Source: Lingula anatina
Lineage: Eukaryota; Animalia; Brachiopoda
Length of the DNA stretch: 64,000 nucleotides
NCBI GenBank assembly: GCA_051362555.1
Contig: CM120648.1
Span: 6,072,587 to 6,136,586, forward strand
Direction: 5' to 3'
The notes below the pieces were generated by a model. The model saw nothing but the letters and a program-made list of their open reading frames with translations, was not told the DNA's origin and ran no database searches. Numbering within the stretch: the stretch's first letter is position 1; each line of letters starts with the position of its first letter. Of this stretch, positions 50,011-64,000 are shown in pieces. The position numbers were made by a program, and so were the translations under genes.

Positions 50011-53000
50011 GTAAGTATTGTTAGAATGTTTTATTACACATAAAAAATATAGAAGACAACAATTTTTAAAACAAATTTTTTTACTTTCCCAGGGAAGAAA
50101 ATTATGACACAGCAGTTTCTCTACATAATTGTTAAGTTTACTATTTAGTTCATCGATTCCTGGTCTTTAATATTTTTCCTCTCTAGAATTATTTTTGTTT
50201 CACCATTTTGAGCTCTTTTTATATTTTTGAAATTAAGAAAATAGCTTAATGTTTGGGGGAAAAAATCTTCAGAGAAACTTATCAGAAGGGAAAATATTGT
50301 GAAGCGATTGATAGACATTTTACTTCGAAAATTTACTTCAACTTTCTTTCCAAAAATAAAACGCATTTTAGAATTTTTTTAATATAACATATCTGTAAAA
50401 CATGATTTTAATTATTTTGTTTTAACAATTTAAAATTAAAATTTCAAAACCAAAAATGAAAATATTTGATAGTTAAGTTAATTTTTGTAGCTGGAATTTT
50501 TTGTTCAAACCACATGTGAAAATTAGAAGTTAATTGTAAGCAGCGTAAGAATTACTTATTTCTTTGTTAACTTAAAGAAGGTATATTTTATCTGAAGCAA
50601 TAGAACAGTTCTTCAACATCTTCAACATTGAACCTACTTGATGCTAAATATTAACAGGAAATATTTCAATTGCAGATATAAAAATTTCTTCTTTTCTCTA
50701 TACAAAATAAAAGTTGTTTTAGACATGTAAAGGACATGGTTTTGATACTAGTATAAAAAGATGTGGTTGTCCTTTTCTCCCAATTTGTTATTGTCTTAGC
50801 AGCTAAAAAATGAAAAAAAATGTACTTGATTACATTCTCTCTCTCTCTCTCTCTCTCATAGATTACATATTTACTTCCCCCTCCCACCACTCTCAATATT
50901 GTTCTTTCTCAAGTGATTATCGAGAAAAAGAAAAGTAGAAATTGATTCCTGCTGAAACTTCAGATTGGCACCAGACTAGGCTGAGCAAGCACTTAATCAC
51001 TGATACAACTTTTTATACTGTTATCCAAACAAACAAACAAACAAAAAAAGAAATCAAAGCACGATTTAAAAAAAAACATGATGAAAGTCTTGAAAACTAC
51101 AAAACAGGAAATAAAATCAAATTCAGACGGACGTCAAAAACATAAAAGTGATCCAAGGAATCTGACGCTACTCGTTCTCATTGTGTCATAAGATATGCTT
51201 AGTTAACTGGAGAGTTCCAATAGTTCCCCTCCCCTACGGCACTTCGTACTGACGTGACACTTCCATTCAACCTTATAATCAAAACTTGGGGTACTTTTGT
51301 TATGGCAGTGTAAAGTTTCTCTGACATGGTATAAAGTTTCCGATATACAGGGGAATTAGGAATACCTCTTACGTGGTTGAGAATGAAATGCGCTATCATG
51401 GTTGAAATTCTCAGATTTTTATGTGTTTGTATCTGATTTTAGTGATATTTTGTCGTATTTCATTTGCTTGCTAACTTTTTTTTTTACATTTTTTGAAGGT
51501 GGGTTGTCTTGATGTATTTTTAAGATCTGTTTCAGACTGGAGAATTTTTTATGTGGTATATATTTTCTTTAAAAATTTTAAAATAAGATTGAGTTGAATG
51601 TACCAATATTAACAATATTAACTAAATTCAATAAAAATTGTCATCTTTGGAAATTATTTGAATTTTTGTAGGAATGCAAAGAAAGTTATGTACTTTTATT
51701 TTCATGATTATGTAGTGTTTATTATCAGTTATTGGATGTTAAGATTAGGAAAATGTGAGAAAAAAATTACCAATATAAAGAAGTTCCATAAAAATTACTC
51801 AAAAGATGTGAATTAGAGGAGAAAATTGCATAGTTTTAGATATAACAAAAAATATGTATGTATATGTCTTGTGAAGTTTAAATTATAATATTTTGCTATA
51901 CCTTAGATTAATTTTGGGGGTTGGGGAAATGAAATGAACACTTTCTTTTTGCCATATTATCATCCAGTGAGAAGTAGTTTAACTGAATGAAATTGAGGTG
52001 TATATAAAAATTTAATATCCATTCTTTATTGAAGGGCATTAACTAAAAAGATAAACAGAACTTTGCAGTCATGGCAGAGACATGCACCACCCCCTCCACC
52101 CCACCCCCACACCTTCACCTACCCACCCACCCCCAAAACGAAAAGTCAACAGGTGGCAGCCGTATTGACCCCTAATTTTGCACCCCGGGCATTCATCTCG
52201 TTTATTTGGTTAACTTGCTCCACAAAGGCTTACCCAATGCTGTACAACGTTGCTTGAGCCAAGATCATTGAACCGGCCATTTTAGGGCCGCTGGCTACTC
52301 GTGAATGACTGTTTGGTATACCACAAGTGGTCAATCTGTTTGACCATTGGATTATTGATTGACCGTTACACTTGGCTAAACAGCTAGGCTGATTGCTGTG
52401 GCGAGGGATTTTAGACAGGTCTACAGCTGCTGTGTTGCAGATATGGAGTATTTTAGACCACTGCTTTGATTCACTACAACGAATGGGTCAAACCTCACTC
52501 TTAATGTTAGGATGAAATTTTAGACTACTGTGACTCCTGCTAAAACATTTGTCTACCTGAAGTGAAGCACCCACCTCTTATTTTAATGGAAAAAACATTT
52601 TATTTAATACCAAAAACATGATTTAACTCTGTAGCAAAAATGCACTGAAATGACATGCTGAATTTGTACTGATCTGATTTTCTTCAGGAAAAGCTTGTAT
52701 TTTAAATAAAAGTAGAAAGACATCTTCTTCTTAAATAATTAAAATTAATCTCAAGATTTATACGTATATATTTCTTTTCTTTTTCCAAAAGAGAAAACTC
52801 TCTTTTTAAAACCAAAAAATCCTAGTCTAATCAAACAAGCATAATATTTCATCCTTAGAAGAATTTGCACAATGTTGACATTGGATTTTTCTACAAACAA
52901 ACAGATTTTGTTTGTACCCAGATACATAATCTAACTAGTTCTATTACGCATCACACTTGAACTCTGCGACATTATATATTGTTTTTCCGTACTCAATTTG

Positions 53001-54006
53001 ACCTGCATTTGTCCTACATTGCTCCAGGTTGAAAAAAGTTACGTAAGACCCTCTTAAAATAAGTTGCCCATTTTTCTGTCACAGCCTATTTGTACCCTTC
53101 AGTGACCACTCAATAAACGCGTGAATGTTATTGAGTCTTCCTGCTGACCATGCAGTTTGCGCGGTCAGTCTCTCTCCTCGTGCGGCGAAGCATGCGCCGC
53201 GCTGATTGCAGCTTGTTTACCCATTTTCACGGTTGTCATATTAGCTTACGAAGCCTTCTCTTAGCACTAACTGGAGGCTTGTTTTTTATGTACTTTTCAT
53301 TTCTGGCCCCAGTCACCCGTGATTATTGTTTGTTTTTCACCATTGCCCACTTCCCTTTCATTTCACCCCCTGTTCCTCCCCCCCCCCCCCCCCAAAATCT
53401 CTCTGCCACATGACCCTTCTTTCCTTTTTACTACACCTAAATCACTCATGCAGTTGCTTACTCTAATGTAACTAATGTGGCCAGAGCTTATCTTCGACCC
53501 TTCTAGCGCAAATACTTAACGGGATACATTATTTCATAGACTGAATACAGCTGTCTCAATGAACCTAGTTGTTATGATTCATTGCGTAAAATCTCTGCCT
53601 TCAGCTCTTTTTTCATGCTTCATTTGGAATCATCAGAGGTAATAGGTATGTGTCTTCCGCAAATGATGGTTCAGTAAAATTGGGGGATTATTTATTAGAG
53701 GGAACAGCAAGTGCAAGGGAGTCTGGTATCAAACTGGGGGATTCCATGCAGAAAAGAGCAGATTTGAGTCTCGTGGTTCTTGTTTGTCTTCCCTGTCGTC
53801 CTACAGTCCTGTGATCACTGATTCATTGAAGAATGCACCAAGTAGTGGTTCAACTGCAGCGGGGGTTTGGATAGCGTATGTGCGTGAATGCATGCTTGAT
53901 GTTTGTGGCACCTGTGAAGGGTCGAAGGGAAGGTAGTGACCGTGAAAAGGACCTCGTTTGCTCCCGATCGCGCACAACATCACGCTTCCTCGCATCACCC
54001 TGACGT

Positions 54007-54170
54007 ATGTGTCGTAGAGTACACTTAGCTAGGGGAGGGATTCCACCGGACCAAGAGCGCATGTTAAAGCACAGATGTTATAAAAAACCACAGCAGCTGC
54101 GCTCTAGTACACCACGCAGACGGAGTGGCTTCGGCGTCGTTCACACGCACTCACACACGCTTCTTTGTAT
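54007..54170 (+). CDS. Candidate first coding exon (MCRRVHLARGGIPPDQERMLKHRCYKKPQQLRSSTPRRRSGFGVVHTHSHTLLC, phase 2)
   Basis: One of the most CpG-rich patches in the window (53770-54480); 54 open codons plus AT to |GTAAGT; second in-frame ATG at 54061. Confidence 0.45.
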
Positions 54171-54820
54171 GTAAGTCAGATAATCCTGTAGTATCATTGT
54201 CGTATCTTTTGTTCTCATGTTTCTTAATAGGAGAGATACTGGTTTTAAGTAATTTTTGATAATGTCAGGCTTGATAATGATCAGATTGGTTTTGGCAGAA
54301 TATATTTCCCTTGCGGGTGTGAACTACGTCTCAGTTATCTGGTGTGTTCCTGTCTACTCTGCTTAAGTGGGCTCCGGCCGCCTGTCACAGGACGAGGACT
54401 GTCACAAATAATATCTGGGTTGCACTTAATCGTATCCCCTAATGACGGATCAAGATGTCGCCAGAAAATAAAAATGGCGTGTCACAGTGATAGTCATGAA
54501 AGAAAAATGTGATTTGCAATTTGCTTACCAGGATATTAACAATTAAGATTAGGTGCTGCTTAATCAGAGAGAAATCCGAGAGCATGATTCAGTGGGGATA
54601 TGGGAAATTTTATCTGAAAGATGCTGTAATGAATTTGTATCTGTAAACTGAGTGGATTCATTCATACTGTTGCATTTTTAAGGCTTGAAATTTTCAACAG
54701 CCCACCAGTGGCGGTATGAAAGTAACTGTATATGTTATCCTTGAGAAAATATTTATTTCTTTCTACAAATATGGAAATTGAAAGTTTTGTTGTTAAAGAA
54801 TAACTCATTTATCATTATCT

Positions 54821-55104
54821 CTTTACATTTGATTGAGATTACTTTTCATATTGACTGGAAGTTGATATAGACTTCATCCCATGATTTTCTTAACTCTTCA
54901 AGTTTTCTGAAATTATCTTAAAAATCCACAAAAATGTTCCTAACAATTAGTTTTTACCTTAAAGTTTACATTTGATATGGATTTATTTTTATATTGACTG
55001 GAAGTTTAAGTACACTTCATCCCAGGATTTTCTTAACTCTTTTCTGAAATATGTCTTAAAAATCCACAAAAATGTTTCTAACAATTATTTTTTACCTTCA
55101 AGTT
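54821..55104. repeat. Local direct duplication of about 144 bp (2 copies)
   Basis: ATATTGACTGGAAGTT..ACTTCATCCCA.GATTTTCT..AAAATCCACAAAAATGTT..TAACAATTA appears twice. Confidence 0.9.
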
Positions 55105-57357
55105 TGCTAAAGCAGTAACAGTAAGACACGACGAAAATTAATAAATGACTCATAAACAAAGCCAGAAGACATTTTTCACAAGCATGTTTCTAAAAACATA
55201 AGAATTTCTTGATTTAGTCAGTGTTGTATTGAAAAGTTAAGAAAAGTTTTAAAAAATTGTTAAGACTTGAAAATTTCTGGATTTAAAAAATCATTCCAGT
55301 TTTCAGTCTCATTTTCTTCTAAATTGATAAAGTATTTTTCTTAAGAAAATTAGAAAATTAATCTGCAGCCAGATCTTTATAAGAAAAATTCTTACACTTC
55401 TTTTATTTGTGAGTAAGTTGAAATTAATTTTGTATAAAAAAAAACTATTTCATATTTTGGAGCTTGCATTTTATATAACCATTTAATTCTTAGCATTTCA
55501 ATAAGAACAACTTTTCTTGTGTATAATAAAAAAACTTTGGCTATAGTGGTGTACTTATTGACATGTTTTACTGTAACATTCTATAATAAAAAAAAAGTCA
55601 GATTGAAATTATTTTGGTCAGTTTGACTTATTCTTTCATTTTAACTAGCTACCTAAGCTAGGGGGAATAATCCAATATGTATTCTCTCTTTCTCTCTCTC
55701 TCTCTCAAAATTCATATTTTCATGCATTGAAGCTGTGAAAACTACAATCAAATATATTTTGTAATTAAAGTAAAATTACATACCACCCCCTATGTGATAA
55801 GATACAACATTTTATATGAATAAAAGATCTGCAGAATTATGCAAAGAAATTGGAACTACTAAGCATATTCTGTAAATTACAAAATAAGTTTTCTAAAATT
55901 TAGAATTTGTAGATTCCTTTAATATATTCATTTTGCATCATTTCAAAAGGTAACATAGGCTTTTTCAGCATCAAACAAAAATAATAATTAGGCCTAATGA
56001 TGAAGAAAGATTTTGACTGCTAAATCACTTAGGAAAATAAAAAATAAATCAAAGGAAATGACCATGCTCATGAAACAAAAAAATCCTTTTATTTAAATAT
56101 GAAACAGTTTATTCCTTAGGGTTGAATTCAAACTATTATGGGACAAATAAAACTCATACATTTTGTCTGATGACCATTTCAGTTACTTTGCAAATTAAAT
56201 TTTGTTAAATAACTTTTCAAAAATTATATATTTATTTAATCCAAATACACCATGGGAGACAGTGATTATTTATGGTCGGAGAAGATGTTAAGATAGAACT
56301 GGAACAATCCTTTACAATTATGCAGAGGTAGACTTGTTTGTAAATTTTACACAGATCTTTTTTATTTGCCCATGTAATCATGCTACTATATTTTATAGTC
56401 AGGTACTTAGGGATAGCCTCAAAAAAGCCTGTAAAAATAGCAAATGCCAAATTACTTTAATAAAATTTTGAAAATTTGCAAACACTGTATCAACTTTCTG
56501 CAATTTATCTACTGCAAATATGGTTTTCTTTTTAAGCTTATTAATAAAAAAGAATTGTTTATATACATCATCATGTATTTACAAGGGAAGTTTTTTGCAT
56601 AAGCATAACGAGCTCCTAACAATTATATATCCTTCATTACAAAAAGTAAAAAGAAATTCTAATAAAATGTATTAAAGAAGGGATAATTAGTCCATTTCCA
56701 GCAGCCTTGTTTAATTATCAGACTTATATGTTCTAATGTGAAAATGTCAAAGTAACAGACATAAGTCAAAAAATTTGTTCAAGGCTGCATAATTTCCTTT
56801 TACTTAAAGAAATATTGTATGGGAGTGGAAGGAATTTTTTACGTAAGCAATTGAAAACGGAAACTCTACTGCTTCACAATTGAATTGAATTAAAGGGAAA
56901 GGCGATCTGACATTAAAGACAGTGTATGTTTAAGAATTATAAGTAGTGACATGGTCATGTGTTCCTGAACCTGTCTGGAGACAAAAATGAGTTATCCTTA
57001 CTGCCAACCAGTTTTTAGAACCCAGTTTTACACAGTAACTTAGTTAGAAAGTTGGCCTTAAAAACAAACAGTATTATTGTGTTGCCACCCATGTCTCTGA
57101 CAAGAAATTCTTGTGCATGTCAGTTGAGTGCATTTTACATGTCCATTCACTCCTGCAGCAGCACACATTAATTTTCTTGTCATTACTAATTTTTTTGACC
57201 AAAAATTAGGTCTCCATCAGTTCAGGATTTATTGATGAAATTGGGGGGAAGTATACTTCTTTCAAAAAAAGTCTCTGAAGTAAAAAAACTGGCTGGCTTT
57301 TGATGATAGATGATGAGCACTGGACCAAATTAAAGTTTCAGTTTTGCTGCACATGCA

Positions 57358-57359
<2 letters not shown>

Positions 57360-57397
<38 letters not shown>

Positions 57398-57402
57398 TGT
57401 GT
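57360..57402. repeat. (TG)n microsatellite
   Basis: Seen directly. Confidence 0.95.
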
Positions 57403-59667
57403 ACATGTGTGCCTGAAAATTGAATTTCATTTATTATTAATCCAAATTGAAATATATATGTGCTTACAAAAATAAAAGAAAAATTGACAAGCAATTAGTT
57501 CTTCCTTTAAGAAAGTCATCATTCAAGTAGCTGCATTGCCTTTTATCTTTACTCCAAACCCAGGATAGAAATAAAGAGTTCTGGCAGCTTGAGTATAGGA
57601 TAGGAAAAAAGAAAAAAATGGCGATAAACTAGAAAAGCACGCAGAGAGTACAAAACTCTGCCAAGGAAGATAAATTCCAAGTATTGTTAATTACTTCATT
57701 GATTAATTAATTGATTACCAAAAATTCTATCCTTCTCCCATTTGTGATGTATCCTGAAAATTTTATCAAGATCTGCCCATAAATTTTGAATGTAGGCTAT
57801 TACCCTCCCGAACAGCTAAGGTAAAAACATAATGAAAGAGACAGTAATGTTCTCTACTATAACACGAGGAGGTAAATATCTGATTGCCTACATGTAGTTT
57901 GTTGTATAGGTATTTTACCCCCTGGCAACCCCCTACTCATCCCCTCCACCCAACCTCGTCACCCTCTCCACCCACCCTCCTCTTAAAACTTTTCTTAATT
58001 AAAAAGGCGCTCATGATTACCATTAAGTGCATGTGCTCTGTAGGGCATACTTATGCATTTGTCACTACCAAATGTATGCAAACAAAATTGATTTAAGATA
58101 AAATGAAATAAATTTAAATGTGCACATTTCATAACAAAAAAGTAATCAAAAGTAGCACTCAATTTGTTGAAATAATCGACAAAATCAACCCCTTTGCTGT
58201 GAACGCACTGTATCGATGGGGTAGTGTTGTACCTGTTGAACTGGTATTGTTGATAATCTCTGTCCAAACTGTGGAGGATTAAAAGCTTGCTTGTCAGTGT
58301 CTGGCTTTTCCAGTGTGACATAACCCTTGGCTGGAGGGCAAGCTTTTACGGTTTATATATAATGTTGTGAATACTGTAATAATTGTTGTTCTTGTTAGTT
58401 AAGGTGTGAAAGTATTCAAATCTTCGCAAGTTTTCTCCATCCAAAGCTGTATTAAGTGTTACGTTAACTGATTGTTTCTGATTCATGTTAGCAGTTTAGT
58501 TTAATGGGCGTAACTGTTGAGGATAAATATGATTAAATGAGGTGTTTGGCAGATGAAAAATTAGGGCCCTGAATGTGAACCTCATTTATATACTCAAGCC
58601 TACTCTTAACTCAGTGAGTGGTGGTCATATGTTAGGCCATTGTATTTTTTTTTTTTTTTCATTTTTGTAGTTCTAGAAATATGAAATATATGATGGTGAC
58701 ATTAATGTCTTTCAATTATAAGCAGATAGATTGCACAATTATTGAAGAGGACTTCAAAAGCAATCAAAACAACAAGAAAAATGTAAATGAGGAGAGGAGA
58801 TTTCAAAGTTGGAAAGAAAGTTGAAAGAAAATATTAAGTAGTTCAAGCTACGTAGGTTATGTTCACGCAAATCCTAAAATTGGACCCAACTTATTTGTTA
58901 TCACCTGAAAACAGATTTAAAGATGAGGGAAACAGAACAGAGGGGTTCTGAATATACAAAAAGTTGGTTTAGCTCCTTGGCCCTTGCCAAAAGTGAGAAA
59001 TTAACTGAAGTGAGACCTGTAAAAGTACTGCAAAATATCTCAGAATCTACCATATGGTCAAGTATAATTTTAAGAAGTTAAAGTAATCCCCTCTTTCTCC
59101 TGTTCCTGCCATTTACTTTCTGCTGGTGAGCTCATAAAGAAATCAAAATTAAATTTTGAGTATTCTGGTCATTTTTTTAACTAAGTCAGTGTGGACTTGA
59201 CCAACATGACGAGAAGATAACAACTGATTATGAACATCATTACTTCAATACCTTTTCAAAATGTCAAACTCTCAGGATATATACATGTTGCTCTTCTTGA
59301 AAATGTAATTGTAATTATATTGAAGAAAAAAATGTATCCTCATAATGTTTTTTTTAATGAGAGATAAAAGATTGGCTTGAGACTTTTTTCGTGTAATTTC
59401 TCAAGTTGTTATTAAACACATCGCATATTCATTACCTGGTCAGATAAAAAGGAAATCCGTTATTTAATTAACGGAAAGCTGCCATATCTGATTTACTCAC
59501 ACCTAAGTACACTCTCTTAGCTTCCACCTTTTATTAAATTTAATTTACCATTTCAAAATTGCTTTTTCATTTCCCTTTTCTTGCACTATATAATTATGGG
59601 ATATGGAAATTCGCATCTTGTTCCATTGAGCACTCTCTGATCTTACTTCGCTTTATTTTTCTTTCAG

Positions 59668-59725
59668 ACTAGAAGGCTTAGACTATCAACAGAAAGCCAG
59701 ATAGGTGATTCCAAGAAACTTTTAG
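59668..59725 (+). other. 58-nt internal exon (only open frame is phase 0 to 1: TRRLRLSTESQIGDSKKLL)
   Basis: ctttatttttctttcag| ... TTTAG|GTGAGT; both splice sites are strong. Confidence 0.6.
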
Positions 59726-61875
59726 GTGAGTTATTCCTCGTGTCAGAGTTTGGTGGACAGGAACATTTGTGCTTTGGTACTGAAAAAAAAACTTGATAAA
59801 GTTCAATGTTGGTCCTTACTTAAACGCCTGATAAATTCTCCTTTTGTCAAGGGAATGTCCATTCAAATGGCAACCATAAACAATGATAAATTAACAAAGA
59901 GCTTGGAATCTTTCACAGTTTTTAAGTCGTTTTTGAAGCAGTTGAAAGAATTTGGAATTATCCACGTGCTTGTGCTTGGTGAGATAAAATGACATGGGAT
60001 TTGAACAGGCGGACTTAAAATGAAGAGCCCTTTATTCCTTGAGTGGAGTGGTGTTCTCAAGTGCCAGTGAAAAAGATACCATTTCTCTTACCCATTGTTA
60101 ACAAATAGTTAACAAATAATGTAAACATCCCTTGTGGTATTGCTCTGATGAATTATGAAAGATTTGTCTTGTTGTGAAAAATCATAACATAATCAGAACA
60201 TATTTTTTTTCTTTTTATCATCAACCTTCCTATTTTCTGTTTAAAAATTACCCCCCTTTAGCAAAGGCATGATACATTCTTGAAAAAAAATTAAATTAAT
60301 ACCCCCTTCGTAAAAATGAAAAAGTGTCTAAAAGGAATGTATTAATTTTTTTATTGAACTTGATAGAACATTGTCTGCTTACTGAACATTTTAATTGTAT
60401 GTTTTCATGTCAAAATCTATTATAGTTTCCTTTGAGGTAATGTTATTTAAGACAGCCCTTTTCATAATGATTTTATTCTGATTCTGAAACATTTTTTATC
60501 TTGAAAAGACTTTGAGGAAAATTATTCCCTGAAAAAATTACAATTCAGTATGGTTATGTTAACATTTTAGTTGGCCTTTTAAAGTGTTTATTGTAACAAT
60601 TAATGAAAGTCATTGCTTTGATGAAAGAATTATTCTAAATTATGCTTGTTTTAGGTAGCTGCTCATGTTTTCAATTTAATGATGAAACCTTATGCCTTAT
60701 CTGCAGAAACTGTCATCTTGCAAATAAATTCTATGGAGATATAAGGCCTTTGAAAAAAACTTCAGTGTAACTATTTGCTATGATAGTGTTCAAGGCTCTT
60801 TATTGTGTAATGATTCTTATATATAATGAAAGTTATCATTTTCATGTGATCTCATTCTTGCGAAGTGTTCCTTTCCAATTACTCCCTTGAGGATTTCTCA
60901 AAAATATCAATAATTCACATGCCTTTACAGCATGTTTATTGGGTCTTTTTGTTTTCAGTATTGTTGCTTTTCTCTTTTTCATTTCACAGAAAGATTCAAG
61001 CACCTAAGAACTTAACTTATTTGCTCTATGTCTTTATAACACAAGATTGGGGACTTGAATATGTATACATGATGAAGTCAGGTTAAGATGATACAAGAGA
61101 TTCTCCCCAATAACCAAAGGTGTTTGTGATTATTTTTCCAGGGAAGAATGCAGTTTATGTTACCTGCATGTGCACTCTCAAGCCTTCTTTAAAAAGATAA
61201 CATTTCAGTTAAACAATGCGAGAGCTCGATAGTGAAATTATTGATTCACATAGATAAAGAAAAGGGGTATTTGATCAGGGATGGAGTTAATTGGTGGAAA
61301 TTTTTTCTAAAAATAAGCACTTCGGTATATTAGCGGTATATAGACAATAGGCAAAGCCCTGTTATAGATGTCGCTTGTTTCTCAGAATCATTTTATGTCT
61401 CTGCACCATTGATTTAATTCCATTTCTTTGAAAATGTCATTTTGCAATATATATATACATTTTACTTTTACGATAATGTAATAAATAATTATAATTCTAA
61501 TGAATAAGTTTAAAACATTTTTATATTAAAGATAATTAAATATTTATTGTGACTAATGTGTTTTATGAACTGGTGAAAAGCCAGTACAGAAAATACTGAT
61601 ACAAGTATGCAATATACATGTAGAAGAAGAGGATACAAAGCTACAATATATAACATTAGACTACAATGCAACTATATAAAGTAGATAAAGTATATTTCAC
61701 TTCACACATCATCATCATCTTCTTCAGTTTTGTTAGGTCTTCTGTCCTGAATAATCAGGGTTGGACCTTTTCCCACAAATGGTCCTCCTCCATTCTTGTC
61801 TTTTACTCGGGTCTGCATCCTTCAGCTTGGATCTGTCTTCTCTCTGCATTTACTCCCTCCCTCCAAGTCAACCTT

Positions 61876-62044
61876 CAGAGGCGGATACAGAAACATTTTC
61901 TGACAGCTTTCCAAATTATCTTTCTTGATCCAGCCTCCAATTTTGACAGACTTCTGGTGGAAAAAATAAGATGCATGTCAATATAAACTTAAAAATTATG
62001 ACTGTCTTCCAGAAGACCCAGAAAATGGCCTCCATCCAACCCTG
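61876..62044 (+). mobile_element. 169-bp MITE, family A copy 3
   Basis: CAGAGGCGGAT...ATCCAACCCTG; 5-bp TSD ACCTT at 61871-61875 and 62045-62049; collinear with 4811-4978. Confidence 0.92.
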
Positions 62045-62495
62045 ACCTTGACCCTCCTGGAAGCCTCCTTCCCTTCACCTCAGCTAATGAAAAAGTATAG
62101 CTTTGTTTGTCTAGACTTATTTCCAGGAATATGTCCCCTGATATCTGGGAATTAAACACTACCCCTATCACGTTTCTGATAGAATTTCAAGTTTAAGGGG
62201 TTTCAGAACTTCTTTTCTGTTTCGCTATGTGTTCTGGATTTGCAGCTGTCATTTCTCTGGAGAAGTCTGACTGTCACCAGATGAAATATTGGCTTGTAAA
62301 TATCAGTTTTTTTTCTATAGCTACTGGTCTATTGGTATATCTTTTGGATAGAATTTTTATCTGCCTTTACCAGAAATTCCTCTATTTCCAATTGAAGAAA
62401 AAGCTGGAAAAGTTTCTTGTGAGGCTAAATATAGTAAATCTTTGTAATCTGTATCTCAATGCAGTTTTACTCTTTATCAGTATCCTGCCCCCCCC

Positions 62496-62497
<2 letters not shown>

Positions 62498-62539
<42 letters not shown>
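62498..62539. repeat. (CA)n microsatellite
   Basis: Seen directly. Confidence 0.95.
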
Positions 62540-62542
<3 letters not shown>

Positions 62543-63870
62543 GAAGATAAACTTACTCTCCATTATAACAACATATGGTGGAATTGTTTGTTTTTCTTAA
62601 TTTCATTCCAGCATCCTTGAATGTATTACTGAAGATATGAGTTGGTCTTTATTGTCCACAATATGGCTGGATGGACTGTTTGCAACACTTAAGCAGATTG
62701 TTTTCGTCCTGAAAATGAAATTATCAACCAAATAACATTTTTGACAAATTTCTTTTCTGTAAACCAGGAAATTAACTGAAATTTCTGATTTTTTAAATTT
62801 ATTTTTATTTTTATTTATTTTTTTTTTTTTTTTCAAGTTAAATGTCGTTTTCATAATTCTGATTTTCATGTTAGGAATAAACTCAATCTCTGCGCTGCAC
62901 ATGTCCTCAAAGCAAGGATTTGCTCATTCACTTGTGACAGACCTAAGTGGGTGACACCGTTAACATAGGTAATGACTGATTTCATACTCTTGCGAACTCA
63001 GAGGTAATGATGAAGTGAGGTGTGATAACTTTTAATTATCTTAAGATAAGTTTGCATGTCATGGAAATAATGACAAAAAGATTTTGCCCATTTGGAAATT
63101 AGTTTTCCTTTGGAACAAAAAATATTGGAACAAAAAGAAAAAAAATTTGGGGGGAGGGGGCGCAGAAATGATGGTAAAGAGGTGAATTTTTAGTTTCATT
63201 GCAACACATTGCTTGTTGGTGCTTGTGCTGTGAGATGGAACTTATGTCAGTATTAATAATGGTGAACATACTATAACACACCCCTAATTGTCATTTATAG
63301 AATTTGATCACTTTCTGTTGAAGGTACTGAAACATGAGTGAGTTACACAATTTTTCTCTTAATGCATTTTTGTTCTTTGAGAGTTTTTCACTTTTAAGGA
63401 CTTCTCTCTCTTGTTCTTCACCTAACGTACCACTTCAAATTGTTCCACTTCAAATTGTACCAATAATGAAAATGTGTCACCACAACAAAATTCTGTTTTT
63501 ATTGGTATACTTTCTGAAATAGAATTTGGCAAAATTTTTGAAAGGAACTTAAAAACATTAAATTTAGATGCTTTGGCCTTAATGAGTAAAGCATAACATA
63601 AAGGGCGTTTAAGTTATAGTTACATGATCCTGAAAATTTCTCAGAATGCACAGTAGATTAAAATGCTTCGGGGAAAAGTTTCACGGAACAACCCCTTTTT
63701 GTTATTTTCTTCTTGCCACCTATGCGATATCTTCACTTGATTTCACCCATTTCCAGCGACATAATCATTAATGCCTTAAGGTTGTCGCACGTTTTTGTTA
63801 TAAAAAATGTCTACATGCAATCTCGAGTATGATAGTTACTTCAAACGTGCGAACTTTTATTCCTTTACAG

Positions 63871-63887
63871 CAAGCTTCAGCTTGAAG
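63871..63887 (+). other. 17-nt micro-exon candidate
   Basis: cttttattcctttacag|CAAGCTTCAGCTTGAAG|gtaaga; open as phase 2 to 1 (KLQLE) or phase 1 to 0 (SFSLK). Confidence 0.55.
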
Positions 63888-64000
63888 GTAAGAAAAATGA
63901 CAAGATTTTGATGCTGCTGTGAAAGGTATCACTGTATGATTGCTTTATTTAAACTTCACATTGTCACACACTAATAATCAGCACATGAGTAAAATGTTTT

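Overview
AT-rich, microsatellite-rich eukaryotic DNA that looks like an invertebrate animal, possibly lophotrochozoan (inference). It contains no long ORF, rRNA, tRNA or CRISPR array, and nearly all of the supplied ORF track is noise. The window reads best as the 5' intronic region of one large + strand gene whose body lies beyond position 64000. CpG-retaining patches recur every few kb, many ending in splice donors, and there are several small internal exons (44, 46, 58 and 118 nt, plus 16-21 nt micro-exons). Many of the candidate first exons carry a short ATG-initiated ORF that reaches the donor in phase 2, which suggests a set of alternative N-termini; the gene cannot be named. The best-supported elements are repeats: a 168-169 bp MITE family with 5-bp TSDs (3 copies plus a relative), two fold-back MITEs, a 222-bp solo LTR with a TATA TSD, a 38-bp minisatellite, and a 58-bp minisatellite with older decayed relatives elsewhere in the window.
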